A DNA stretch of 62,807 nucleotides, counting the filler. It is 3 parts of 3 records of this genome, joined end to end, with 100 filler letters (N's around TTAATTAATTAA, not from the genome) between each part and the next. Parts side by side here need not be neighbours in the genome. Positions count along the whole stretch, not along the records: positions 32,486 to 62,807 come from SRR31156797_9308; 2 more parts are not named here. One strand, 5' to 3'. The notes beneath the pieces were generated by a model that saw nothing but the letters and a program-made list of their open reading frames with translations, did not search any database and had not been told where the DNA came from. Shown here piece by piece: positions 39,525-48,444 of this stretch (position 1 is the stretch's first letter; the number at the start of each line of letters is the position of its first letter). Made by a program: the position numbers and the translations under genes.

Positions 39525-39807
39525 CTTTTCCGCTCTCAAACACTGTGAGAAGATACCTGCGCGGAAACTCCTTCTTGCTGTAGCTGCCACAGCAGAGATA
39601 GTCTACTGACAGCCCGAGGCAATCTGCAATATCATTCAATACAAATATGTCAGGCAAACGTGAGCCGGTGATGTAGTTACTTAGCCTTGAAGGTGTCAGA
39701 CCTAGTTTTTCCGCAAATTCTGATTGCCTCATTCCGGCAGACTTTATCGCCTCCCTTATCCTCGCACCAAGTTCTTCCGCTCTAACGCCATTACTTTTGC
39801 CAGACAT
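39493..39807 (-). CDS. XRE/Cro-like HTH transcriptional regulator
   Basis: MRQSEFAEKLGLTPSRLSNYITGSRLP...LGLSVDYL; GGAGGGG SD. Confidence 0.88.
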   Translation of the reverse strand: MSGKSNGVRAEELGARIREAIKSAGMRQSEFAEKLGLTPSRLSNYITGSRLPDIFVLNDIADCLGLSVDYLCCGSYSKKEFPRRYLLTVFESGKVKLSEPELVR

Positions 39808-39875
39808 GTCCCCTCCACAATTACATATGTCATATAAACTTTACGATTAGCTCTATATAAGCTATACTTAGATAT

Positions 39876-39904
39876 AATATATGCAACAAAAAGGCGATTG
39901 TCAA
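39876..39904 (-). promoter_or_regulatory. Sigma70-type promoter for the small XRE gene
   Basis: Minus strand TTGACA (39904-39899), 17 nt, TATATT (39881-39876). Confidence 0.65.
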
Positions 39905-39916
39905 CGAATATTACAT

Positions 39917-40474
39917 ATGCAATATAAAAGTAACAATATTTCAGAAAGATTAAAAACATTAAGAAAAGAGCTAAAGCTGTCCCAAACAGACTTTGGAAGG
40001 AAAATAGGCAAGAATTATCACTCTGTAATGAGATGGGAGCTCGGCAGGGTTCTCCCTCCGTCAAATGTCGTTGCGCACATTTGCAGCTCTTTCGGAGTTA
40101 ATACCGAGTGGCTAACTTCTGGCGAAGGTGAGATTTTTGCTAAAAAAAGCTCAAACATCGCTGCTGAAAATGAACACATATATAATGTTGCCACAGATAA
40201 AATAAAAATTGAGTCACAAATATCTTACAAAGCTGAGAAAGGCTCATCACCGCCGGTACTTGAAAACGACCTCCTTTATCTCTCAGGTGAAGAAGCAGAC
40301 CTCACCGAAGGTTTATACCTTATAGAAGATAAGTACGGCGACACCTATGCGAGATGGTACAGCAGTAAAGATAAAATCTGGCTTTCAAAGAGGGAAGACT
40401 ACCCGAATATCCCTTTAAAGAGTGCCAGAATTATTGGTAAAGTGACCAAAATTGTAAGAGAAATCGATTTTTAA
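39917..40474 (+). CDS. CI/LexA-like repressor: XRE HTH plus degenerate S24 domain
   Basis: RLKTLRKELKLSQTDFG...WLTSGEGE, then an S24-like tail YPNIP...IIGKV. ATG 39917 chosen; 39881 is the alternative. Confidence 0.8.
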   Translation: MQYKSNNISERLKTLRKELKLSQTDFGRKIGKNYHSVMRWELGRVLPPSNVVAHICSSFGVNTEWLTSGEGEIFAKKSSNIAAENEHIYNVATDKIKIESQISYKAEKGSSPPVLENDLLYLSGEEADLTEGLYLIEDKYGDTYARWYSSKDKIWLSKREDYPNIPLKSARIIGKVTKIVREIDF

Positions 40475-40524
40475 TAACACAAGAGATAGTATATACTTAG
40501 TTAATTATATTAAGGGTAGGTCAA

Positions 40525-43500
40525 ATGAGATTACTTAGACCCGGACTAAAATTCAAAATTCTAGCTCTCATATTCAGCTTTATTACTTTATCTGCGCTCA
40601 TACTCATATTTAATACCTATCTGAAACTGACTGACGACATCACAAAGAAAAATAACGAAATGTTCCAAACTTTTACCAACACTTTTTACAGCGAAAAAGA
40701 TCTACTGACAAAAAAATACTCTATGTCTCTCGATATACTCATGGAAAACAAGCCTATTCTTGAAGCGTTTAAAAGTAAGGATAGGGACAAGCTTCAGGAG
40801 CTTCTGCTTGAGACCTATAACAGCAGACTGAAGCACTTTTATAGTATTGAACAGTTTCAGTTTCACCTCCCCCCTGCAAAAAGCTTCTACAGGGTTCATG
40901 CTCCTAAGAGGTTTGGCGACGACCTCTCCTCTTTCCGGAAAACGGTAGTCACTGCAAATATAGAAAAAAATATGATCGCAGGTCTCGAGGTCGGAAGAGC
41001 CGGACTTGGACTGAGGGTTGTGAAGCCTATATGGTATAACTACAAATTTCTAGGCACTGTGGAATTCGGCGGTAATATCGAAAATCTTCTCTCTACTCCT
41101 GCAAGCGCAACAAAAGTTGATTTTGCAGTTGGTATATTCTCCGAGGCGTTAAAGCGTTCAAAGTTTTTCTACACTGATGAAACCAAAGGCACATATAACA
41201 ATATGTATGTGTATAACCACTCCTCACCTACGATCAAAAACATTATCAATGCGGGGCTGATATCTCGCATAAATGAGCTGATACCCCTCAATGGTAAATA
41301 CTATATGGTAAAGGAAATCCCTCTTAAGGACTTCTCATCTGACCAGATAGGCTACCTCCTCCTCAGCCGTGACACAACTCAGGAAGTTGAAGCGATGTAT
41401 TCTGAGCTTATAAAGCAGATATTCATCATTTTCTCTTACGCTGTGATCGCAACGGCTATCCTGACCGTAATTCTCATTAAGATTTTCTTCTCGCCGCTTG
41501 AGCGTATAACCCGCCATATCTCATCCGTACAGACAGGGCAGGACATCCCAAGAGTGCCGTTAAAAATCGAAGGGGACTCAGAGATAAGCACTCTCGCAGA
41601 AGCATTTAACATCTTGAGTGGTAAACTCATTGACAGTTTTGAAAAAATTAATAAGCAAATGAATGAGATACAAGCTATCAACACCAGCCTCGAACAGAGA
41701 GTAAAAGAACGCACAATCGAGCTTGAAGATACGAACAGTAAACTAAAAAATGCGATGAAAGAGATAAACTTCGCCAACGAGGCTAAGAGTGAATTTCTTG
41801 CGAGTATGAGCCACGAGATACGAACCCCTATGAATGCTGTGCTCGGATTAAGCTATCTTATTATGCAGACAGAGCTTTCCAGTAAACAGTACGACTATGT
41901 AAACAAGATCAGAAACTCCGCAAACCTCCTTCTGGAGATAATCAATGATATCCTCGATTTCTCAAAGATAGAGGCGGGCAAGCTTGAACTTGAAGAAGCT
42001 CCTTTTAACCTGAAAGAGAGTATAAAAAAGCTTTCCGGCATTATTGAAATTGCTGTAAATAAAAAAGATGTCACCCTTGAGCTTGATATAGATGAATCTA
42101 TACCTGACCATCTCGTCGGCGACCAGCTTCGGATAACTCAGGTTTTAACTAATCTGAGCACCAACGCCTCTAAATTTACGGAAGCGGGTAAGATATGTAT
42201 CTCAGCAAAGCTCACAACTAAGAATGATGACTACGCACGTGTCAAAATAACAGTGTCAGACACAGGGATAGGGATACCGGAAGATAAGCTGCCTGTCCTC
42301 TTCGACTCTTTCACTCAGGTTAAAAGGAAAGATCACAAAAAGCAGTCTGGCTCCGGGCTGGGATTATCTATCTCCAAGAAAATACTGGACGCTATGAACT
42401 CCAACATATCTGTTGAAAGTAAAGAGGGGAAAGGCTCAACTTTCTCATTCACTCTAACACTTTTAATCGCAACAGAATCAGAAATAGCGGAGTCTGTCAC
42501 AGCAGAGCAAAAGCTTAACGGCAAAAGAGTTCTTATCTGTGAGCCTGACCCGATAAGCTTCACAAGTGCTTCGTCATTTTTCAGAGAGAACCTAGCTGAC
42601 GTTCTGAGTATTTCAAATCAGTACGACCTCATAAAGCAGATCAGTCAAAACACTGACTGTAAGAATAAGCTGATATTCGACCTTGTTGTGCTTGATTCAA
42701 GAGCGCTCACTGAGGACTCTTTTCAAACTTTAAAAATCACACTGGAAAATATAAATAAAGACATCCTCCCTCCGGTAGTGATCATCTCAGGCGACCCGAT
42801 TATTACTGAGGCGGCTTCAAACAACCTCGCAGGTATGAAAGTTTACATAGTAAATAAAGCTGAATGCAGAGAAAAGGTTCCGACCCTTGTATACGAGCTT
42901 CTTTCAGATGACTCAATGGCAAAGCCGGATGAGGAATGCCTTCAGAGTAGCAGGGTTCAAAATTCATCTGTAAAGGCTCTCATAGTAGATGACAATGATA
43001 TCAACCTACAGGTTGTAACAGAGTTCGCAAGCCTGCTAAACCTAGGCTATACAACAGCTAAAAGCGGAGAAGATGCCATAGAGCTCGCTGCGGCTAATGA
43101 TTTTGACATTATATTCATGGATATAATAATGCCGGGGATAGACGGTATCACCGCAACCAAACACATCAGAAAACTGCCAAACTGTAAAGATACACCTATA
43201 TATGCGCTCTCTGCCAACACTATGCAGGAAGACATAGAGAAGTGCCGTCAGGCGGGCATGAACGGGCATATAGCCAAACCTGTAAAGCTGCAGGACATCT
43301 CGCTCACTCTTAAAGACTGCCCTCACCTCCGGAGAGAAGATACCAGCCAGACAAACATCGACCCTGCAAACCTCCCTGAAGGGGATGCTACTTTAAACAC
43401 TGAGCTGGCACTGGCTAACCTTAACGGCAATCGTAAGCTATACTTAGAGCTGTTAAAAAAGTATTACAAAGAGTATCAGGGGCTGGATTTAATTGTTGAA

Positions 43501-43725
43501 AACAAAATACTGAACGAAACTTTCGGCAGTTTAAGATTGTTCTTTCACACTGTAAAAGGGGTCGCCAGAACCATTGGAGCGAGCAAACTCAGCACACACG
43601 CTGAAACTCTTGAAAAAATGGCTATAAACGAGGACGCATTCTCAGGAAATACTAATGTAGATCACTTTAAAGACGAAGCCAATGCTCTGGACATTAAGCT
43701 GAAAAAACTACTCAAAGGGGAATAA
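40525..43725 (+). CDS. Membrane hybrid sensor kinase (Cache-HAMP-HisKA-HATPase-REC-REC-Hpt)
   Basis: Two TM segments, QFQFH/GLEVGRAG Cache motifs, MSHEIRTPM, IFMDIIMP and Hpt FHTVKGVA. Confidence 0.92.
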   Translation: MRLLRPGLKFKILALIFSFITLSALILIFNTYLKLTDDITKKNNEMFQTFTNTFYSEKDLLTKKYSMSLDILMENKPILEAFKSKDRDKLQELLLETYNSRLKHFYSIEQFQFHLPPAKSFYRVHAPKRFGDDLSSFRKTVVTANIEKNMIAGLEVGRAGLGLRVVKPIWYNYKFLGTVEFGGNIENLLSTPASATKVDFAVGIFSEALKRSKFFYTDETKGTYNNMYVYNHSSPTIKNIINAGLISRINELIPLNGKYYMVKEIPLKDFSSDQIGYLLLSRDTTQEVEAMYSELIKQIFIIFSYAVIATAILTVILIKIFFSPLERITRHISSVQTGQDIPRVPLKIEGDSEISTLAEAFNILSGKLIDSFEKINKQMNEIQAINTSLEQRVKERTIELEDTNSKLKNAMKEINFANEAKSEFLASMSHEIRTPMNAVLGLSYLIMQTELSSKQYDYVNKIRNSANLLLEIINDILDFSKIEAGKLELEEAPFNLKESIKKLSGIIEIAVNKKDVTLELDIDESIPDHLVGDQLRITQVLTNLSTNASKFTEAGKICISAKLTTKNDDYARVKITVSDTGIGIPEDKLPVLFDSFTQVKRKDHKKQSGSGLGLSISKKILDAMNSNISVESKEGKGSTFSFTLTLLIATESEIAESVTAEQKLNGKRVLICEPDPISFTSASSFFRENLADVLSISNQYDLIKQISQNTDCKNKLIFDLVVLDSRALTEDSFQTLKITLENINKDILPPVVIISGDPIITEAASNNLAGMKVYIVNKAECREKVPTLVYELLSDDSMAKPDEECLQSSRVQNSSVKALIVDDNDINLQVVTEFASLLNLGYTTAKSGEDAIELAAANDFDIIFMDIIMPGIDGITATKHIRKLPNCKDTPIYALSANTMQEDIEKCRQAGMNGHIAKPVKLQDISLTLKDCPHLRREDTSQTNIDPANLPEGDATLNTELALANLNGNRKLYLELLKKYYKEYQGLDLIVENKILNETFGSLRLFFHTVKGVARTIGASKLSTHAETLEKMAINEDAFSGNTNVDHFKDEANALDIKLKKLLKGE

Positions 43726-43807
43726 AACAGGGAAAATCTTTCTCAACCCGAGCACCCTGTAACACTATAATTCACTGTTACATATAATCTTTACAATAAA
43801 CATTTTC

Positions 43808-43823
43808 TGGCATCCTCCTTGCT
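43808..43823 (+). promoter_or_regulatory. Sigma54 (-24/-12) promoter
   Basis: TGGCAT-CCTCC-TTGCT fits TGGCAY-N5-TTGCW. Predicted +1 is about 43834, 22 nt before ATG 43856. Confidence 0.7.
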
Positions 43824-43855
43824 TTTAAATATACAAAAGCAAAAAGGAGGAAAAA

Positions 43856-44080
43856 ATGATCGATTTTAGTTTATACGCAGAAACAGATGAAGAGAGAATC
43901 AAGCAGCTCACCGGAATAGCAAAGCTACACCTTTCAATCGCAAAAGAGATAATGAACAGCGACAGACCTCTTTCCAACTCTGAGCTTGAAAATATGCTCG
44001 AGCTTCTTCTCAAAGCGAATGAAGCGAAATATTTAGCTGAAAAGATGAAAAGCACGGTTGAAACTAAAGAGACAGCGTGA
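43856..44080 (+). CDS. Small helical hypothetical protein
   Basis: 74 aa ORF with strong AAGGAGG SD; fills the intergenic gap. Confidence 0.7.
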   Translation: MIDFSLYAETDEERIKQLTGIAKLHLSIAKEIMNSDRPLSNSELENMLELLLKANEAKYLAEKMKSTVETKETA

Positions 44081-44114
44081 TAATCTGCCTTGAATACATT
44101 TTTGAGGTAGAAGA

Positions 44115-44525
44115 ATGAAGAAGGCTTTTGTCCCGGTTATTGTACTGCTAATTATTGGTGTTGTTATAACTTTTGCTATTATGCCGAGTACACCTGCTGC
44201 ATCTAAAAAGATTCAGGAGAATATCGCTCAGGCAATGGGGAGCGGCAAAGCTGTTTTCCTTCAGCTCAGTTCCAGTGGATGTGTGACATGCAGGAAGATG
44301 AAACCGGAAGTTGAAAAGATTGCATCTGAATACGCCTCAAGCAGTAAGATTCAGGTTATCAAAATTGATGTGGATTCTCACTCTTCACTCTCGTCTAAAT
44401 ACGGAGTGACAGGTGTGCCAACTCAGGTTCTTCTATCGCCAGATGGACAGGAACTATTCCGTAATATGGGTTATATGTCATATGACAATATTAAATTTAT
44501 CTTTAGCTCTAAGGTGAAATCTTAA
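44115..44525 (+). CDS. Exported/membrane-anchored thioredoxin-family protein
   Basis: N-terminal hydrophobic helix, CVTC motif and GVPT cis-Pro loop. Confidence 0.85.
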   Translation: MKKAFVPVIVLLIIGVVITFAIMPSTPAASKKIQENIAQAMGSGKAVFLQLSSSGCVTCRKMKPEVEKIASEYASSSKIQVIKIDVDSHSSLSSKYGVTGVPTQVLLSPDGQELFRNMGYMSYDNIKFIFSSKVKS

Positions 44526-44696
44526 TAAATTTATATTCAAGTTTCTTTATATTCAATCTCTTAAACATCTTTAGCGATAAGCTTTTTTTATAACGGTATT
44601 ATTGCGACCGAACATATCCTAAAGTTCTCATACTAATTAACAATTGATCTTTCTGGCAAATTGATGTAGAACCCTATGCGAACGAATAGGATACAC

Positions 44697-45962
44697 ATGA
44701 AAACTGAAACAACTATACGTGATATTATCGACGAACAAAATGTGATTACTTTATTTCAGCCGGTGATAAGTTTGAGAGATAAAAGAGTTGTTGGTTTCGA
44801 GGCACTTACCCGGGGTCTCTGTACTAACACAGGCAAGATAATAATGCCAACTCAACTCTTCGGCACTGCTAAAAAAGAAGGCAATATAACTGAGCTCGAC
44901 CGACTATGCCGCAAAACCGCTCTTAAATCATTCAAAAATATCCCTAACTATAAACAATATATACTCTTTTTAAACCTGGACACTACGGCAATTGAAAATT
45001 GCGATCCTGACGTGAATCGCATCACAAAAGAATATACTGACGAGATAGGTCTGGACTACTCCTCCATCTCACTTGAGATTGTAGAGTCTCGGATAGATAA
45101 CGAAGAGAAGCTGGCCGATTTTGTAAATCACTACAGAAAGCTCGGCTACTACGTCTCTCTCGACGATTTCGGGGCTATGCATTCTAACATGAATAGAATT
45201 GTAGTTTCCAAGCCTGACATCATCAAGATAGACATGGAGCTGATACGCAACGTACATAACAACTACTATCAGCAGTCAATACTAAGCTCAATCATCAGCC
45301 TCGCACATAAAACAGGCGCACTAACCCTTGCCGAAGGTCTCGAGTCAGCTAATGACGTCATGACCTGCTATGAGCTTGGGATCGACCTTTATCAGGGCTT
45401 CTACTTCTTTAAGCCGTGCGTAGACATTTTCAGCAACTATCAGTTTATCCACGCAAAGATTGACTACATAGTTATGCTCATCAAAAACAGGCTGAAAGAA
45501 AATGTTATCATAAGGAAAAACCAACACCTCAGCTTCGATTTCATCATGGATCTTCTATGTAAAGGGACCGAAGGGAACAATACTGAGGAGTTCATAGCTT
45601 TTCTGAATATTCAGGCTAGCAACTTCACTGAGATTGAGAGGATTTTCCTCCTCGATGAACACGGTCAGCAGCCTTTCGAGTCTATATGCAAAATTTGCGA
45701 TGATACGCCTATGAATAGCTCATTTCTGATGATGCACGAATCTAACTCTGACCACTCACTTAAAGATTACTACTACTATCTTGATAAAATAGATTCTGAT
45801 AAGTTCTTTACTGACCATTACTTATCAGCAGTTTCAGGGAGAGTTCTACGGACTATGTCGGTAAAAATTATGCTTGAATCTGTTCCACATATTTTATGTG
45901 TCGAATTTGTTGACGACATCTCTGAAAAGTCCCAACCAACTAAAATGGGGGATATTGCATGA
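44697..45962 (+). CDS. EAL phosphodiesterase with YkuI_C-like C-terminal domain (copy 1)
   Basis: FQP, EAL, FLN, EIVE, DDFG, IKID, AEG and QG motifs; C-terminal DHSLKDYYY. Confidence 0.88.
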   Translation: MKTETTIRDIIDEQNVITLFQPVISLRDKRVVGFEALTRGLCTNTGKIIMPTQLFGTAKKEGNITELDRLCRKTALKSFKNIPNYKQYILFLNLDTTAIENCDPDVNRITKEYTDEIGLDYSSISLEIVESRIDNEEKLADFVNHYRKLGYYVSLDDFGAMHSNMNRIVVSKPDIIKIDMELIRNVHNNYYQQSILSSIISLAHKTGALTLAEGLESANDVMTCYELGIDLYQGFYFFKPCVDIFSNYQFIHAKIDYIVMLIKNRLKENVIIRKNQHLSFDFIMDLLCKGTEGNNTEEFIAFLNIQASNFTEIERIFLLDEHGQQPFESICKICDDTPMNSSFLMMHESNSDHSLKDYYYYLDKIDSDKFFTDHYLSAVSGRVLRTMSVKIMLESVPHILCVEFVDDISEKSQPTKMGDIA

Positions 45963-47209
45963 TCCCAAAGCAAGCCTTAGCATATATAGACACACTTCTT
46001 GAAAATGAAAGCATCATCATAGAATTCCAGCCGATCCTAAGCCTGAAGCTTAAAAAATCAGTTGGCGTAGAAGCGCTGTGCAGAGGGATTCACCCTGAAA
46101 GTGGTGAGATTATACCACCCCTGAGACTGTTCGAAGATGCCTCGAAACACGGCAAAACTCTCGAACTAGACAGACTTTGCAGAAAAATTGCAATGCTCGA
46201 ATTTAAAAAGTTCAAACAATCGGAAGACATTGTGCTCTTTCTTAATTTTGACCCCGCAGTGCTTGACCTCGCCTCTAGTAAAGACAAGACATGGACAAAA
46301 ATTTTCGCTGATGAAGCAGGGTTAAAATATAATAATATTGCAGTTGAGATAACTGAATCTCAAATAGAAAATAACTATAAACTGGAACAGATTAGCGAAA
46401 AATATTCCGCACTAGGGATGTTTGTCGTACTTGACGATTTCGGTGCGCTCCACTCAAATCTTAACAGACTTATCATATCCAGACCGGATATCATCAAGAT
46501 AGACAGGCAGCTAATCAGAAATGTTTCTGAAAGCTACTACCAGCAATCAATAATCAAATCAATTATCGACCTGGCTAAAAAAATAGGCTCGCTCACTCTC
46601 GCTGAAGGGGTAGAGACGAAAGAGGATGTTCTTAAGTGCCATGAGCTAGGAGCAGATCTGTTTCAGGGCTTTTACTTCGCTAGACCGCAAAGTATCAATC
46701 GCCTCGAAACACTTGATATAAAACCATTAATCGATATGATTTCATACGATGTAAAAGACTATATGTCTGCTAATATAGAGGCTCGTAAAAACCAGTATAA
46801 AAAGTTTGAAGCTACTTTTAACAAGGTTTTATCCTTCATGGGCGGGTGCAAAGATGCATGTGCTTTTCACGCTAAAATAAGTGAGGCGATAAAGCTGAAT
46901 AACGAAATAGAGTGTATATATGTACTTGACCAAGATGGGGTTCAGCTCAGTGACACTATCTGCGGATATGAAATAGACTTCTCTGATAATAACCTTTTCC
47001 ACCCTTCTAAGAAAGGTACTGATCACTCACTGAAAGAGTATTTTTACTACATCAATAACCTGAACCTGAACAATTATTATACCGACCCGTATATCTCTCT
47101 GGCTACAGGACTTCTATGTAGGACTATGGCTAGGAAATTCGAATGCAACGATCAAAACCATGTGCTCTGTATTGACTTCATAGATAAAAAGGCTTGTGAG
47201 CTAAACTAG
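45959..47209 (+). CDS. EAL phosphodiesterase with YkuI_C-like C-terminal domain (copy 2)
   Basis: Same motif set; DHSLKEYFY...TDPYISLATG; ATGA overlap with copy 1. Confidence 0.88.
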   Translation: MIPKQALAYIDTLLENESIIIEFQPILSLKLKKSVGVEALCRGIHPESGEIIPPLRLFEDASKHGKTLELDRLCRKIAMLEFKKFKQSEDIVLFLNFDPAVLDLASSKDKTWTKIFADEAGLKYNNIAVEITESQIENNYKLEQISEKYSALGMFVVLDDFGALHSNLNRLIISRPDIIKIDRQLIRNVSESYYQQSIIKSIIDLAKKIGSLTLAEGVETKEDVLKCHELGADLFQGFYFARPQSINRLETLDIKPLIDMISYDVKDYMSANIEARKNQYKKFEATFNKVLSFMGGCKDACAFHAKISEAIKLNNEIECIYVLDQDGVQLSDTICGYEIDFSDNNLFHPSKKGTDHSLKEYFYYINNLNLNNYYTDPYISLATGLLCRTMARKFECNDQNHVLCIDFIDKKACELN

Positions 47210-48097
47210 AGAGCTACCTTGGAACGCATCATTTTCTTTTAACTTATCAATAAGTTTTTGCTCAATCTCGCCCTTGCTTATCTCCCACACTGGCGCAATA
47301 AGCGTATCCCCTGCGGCATCACCAGAAAGCCTCGCAACAACTATATCTTTCCCAAGGTGCGTCAAAGCCTCAGCCAGTAAGTCTACATACTCATCCACGT
47401 CAAAAACATTTACCAACCCCTGCTTATACATAGTTGCAAGTGCAGTTTTCTTAACCACGTGCAGGTGATGGAATTTTACAGAGTGAACACCTAATGAGCT
47501 GACTAACTTTACAGATTTCAGCATAGCCTCTCTGCTGTCACCGGGCAAACCGAAGATTATGTGAGCGCAGGTTTTTATGCCGTATTCATGCGTGAGCTTA
47601 ACCGCATCGATAAAAGACTGAACATCATGCCCTCGGTTAATCACCTGAAGAGTGTGGTCACTCGCAGATTGAAGCCCATATTCAACAACAACTTCATATT
47701 TTTCGTTCAGAGATTTTAAGTATTCAAGCTTTTCTCTGTTAATAACGTCCGGGCGTGTACCTATATGGATTGCCACGATTCCGTCATCAACAAGTGATGC
47801 CTCAATACGTTTTTGTATTGTCTCAACATCGCCGTAAGTATTTGAGTATGATTGGAAATATACAATGTATTTATTTATCTTACGCTTTTGGAGTTTCTCT
47901 ATCCGCTCAGAAACCTGAGAGGCTATCTCACCTTCACCTGCGCCATCAAACGAAGCGACAGAGCAGTATATGCACCCCTCAGTCCCTTTCATCCCGTCAC
48001 GGTTCGGGCATGTAAAGCCCGCATTCACAGGAACCTTCCAAACTTTCCCGCCAAACTTCTCTTTAAGGTAGTCGCTGAATTTATAGAAATATCTCAT
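47201..48097 (-). CDS. TIGR01212 (YhcC-like) radical SAM protein
   Basis: GFTCPNRDG....GCIYC, YFQSYSNTY and GTRPD motifs. Confidence 0.9.
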   Translation of the reverse strand: MRYFYKFSDYLKEKFGGKVWKVPVNAGFTCPNRDGMKGTEGCIYCSVASFDGAGEGEIASQVSERIEKLQKRKINKYIVYFQSYSNTYGDVETIQKRIEASLVDDGIVAIHIGTRPDVINREKLEYLKSLNEKYEVVVEYGLQSASDHTLQVINRGHDVQSFIDAVKLTHEYGIKTCAHIIFGLPGDSREAMLKSVKLVSSLGVHSVKFHHLHVVKKTALATMYKQGLVNVFDVDEYVDLLAEALTHLGKDIVVARLSGDAAGDTLIAPVWEISKGEIEQKLIDKLKENDAFQGSSLV

Positions 48098-48234
48098 GTT
48101 CGGATTGAACCATAATTTTCATTTTTTAGCAAATGGCGTATTTGAGCAAAATTCTTACTGAAAACAGCTAATATTCTTGTAATTATACCGCTTATGCATT
48201 AAATTGACGTATAATCAGATGAAAGGTGGACACC

Positions 48235-48417
48235 ATGATCAAACAGGAACTTCTGGACGTACTCGCATGCCCTAAATGCAAAGGTGAAATCAGAGTCTCC
48301 AAAGATGAAAACTACATAGTTTGCGATGCTTGCAAACTCCTCTATGAAATAAAAGAAAACATCCCTGTAATGCTTATAGATGAGGCAAAACAGGTGGAAG
48401 ATACATCAGGATATTAA
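48235..48417 (+). CDS. Trm112/YcaR family protein
   Basis: LLDVLACPKCKG...C..C...IPVMLIDEA. Confidence 0.88.
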   Translation: MIKQELLDVLACPKCKGEIRVSKDENYIVCDACKLLYEIKENIPVMLIDEAKQVEDTSGY

Positions 48418-48444
48418 CCCTCCAACCGTCATACGGAGCTAATT

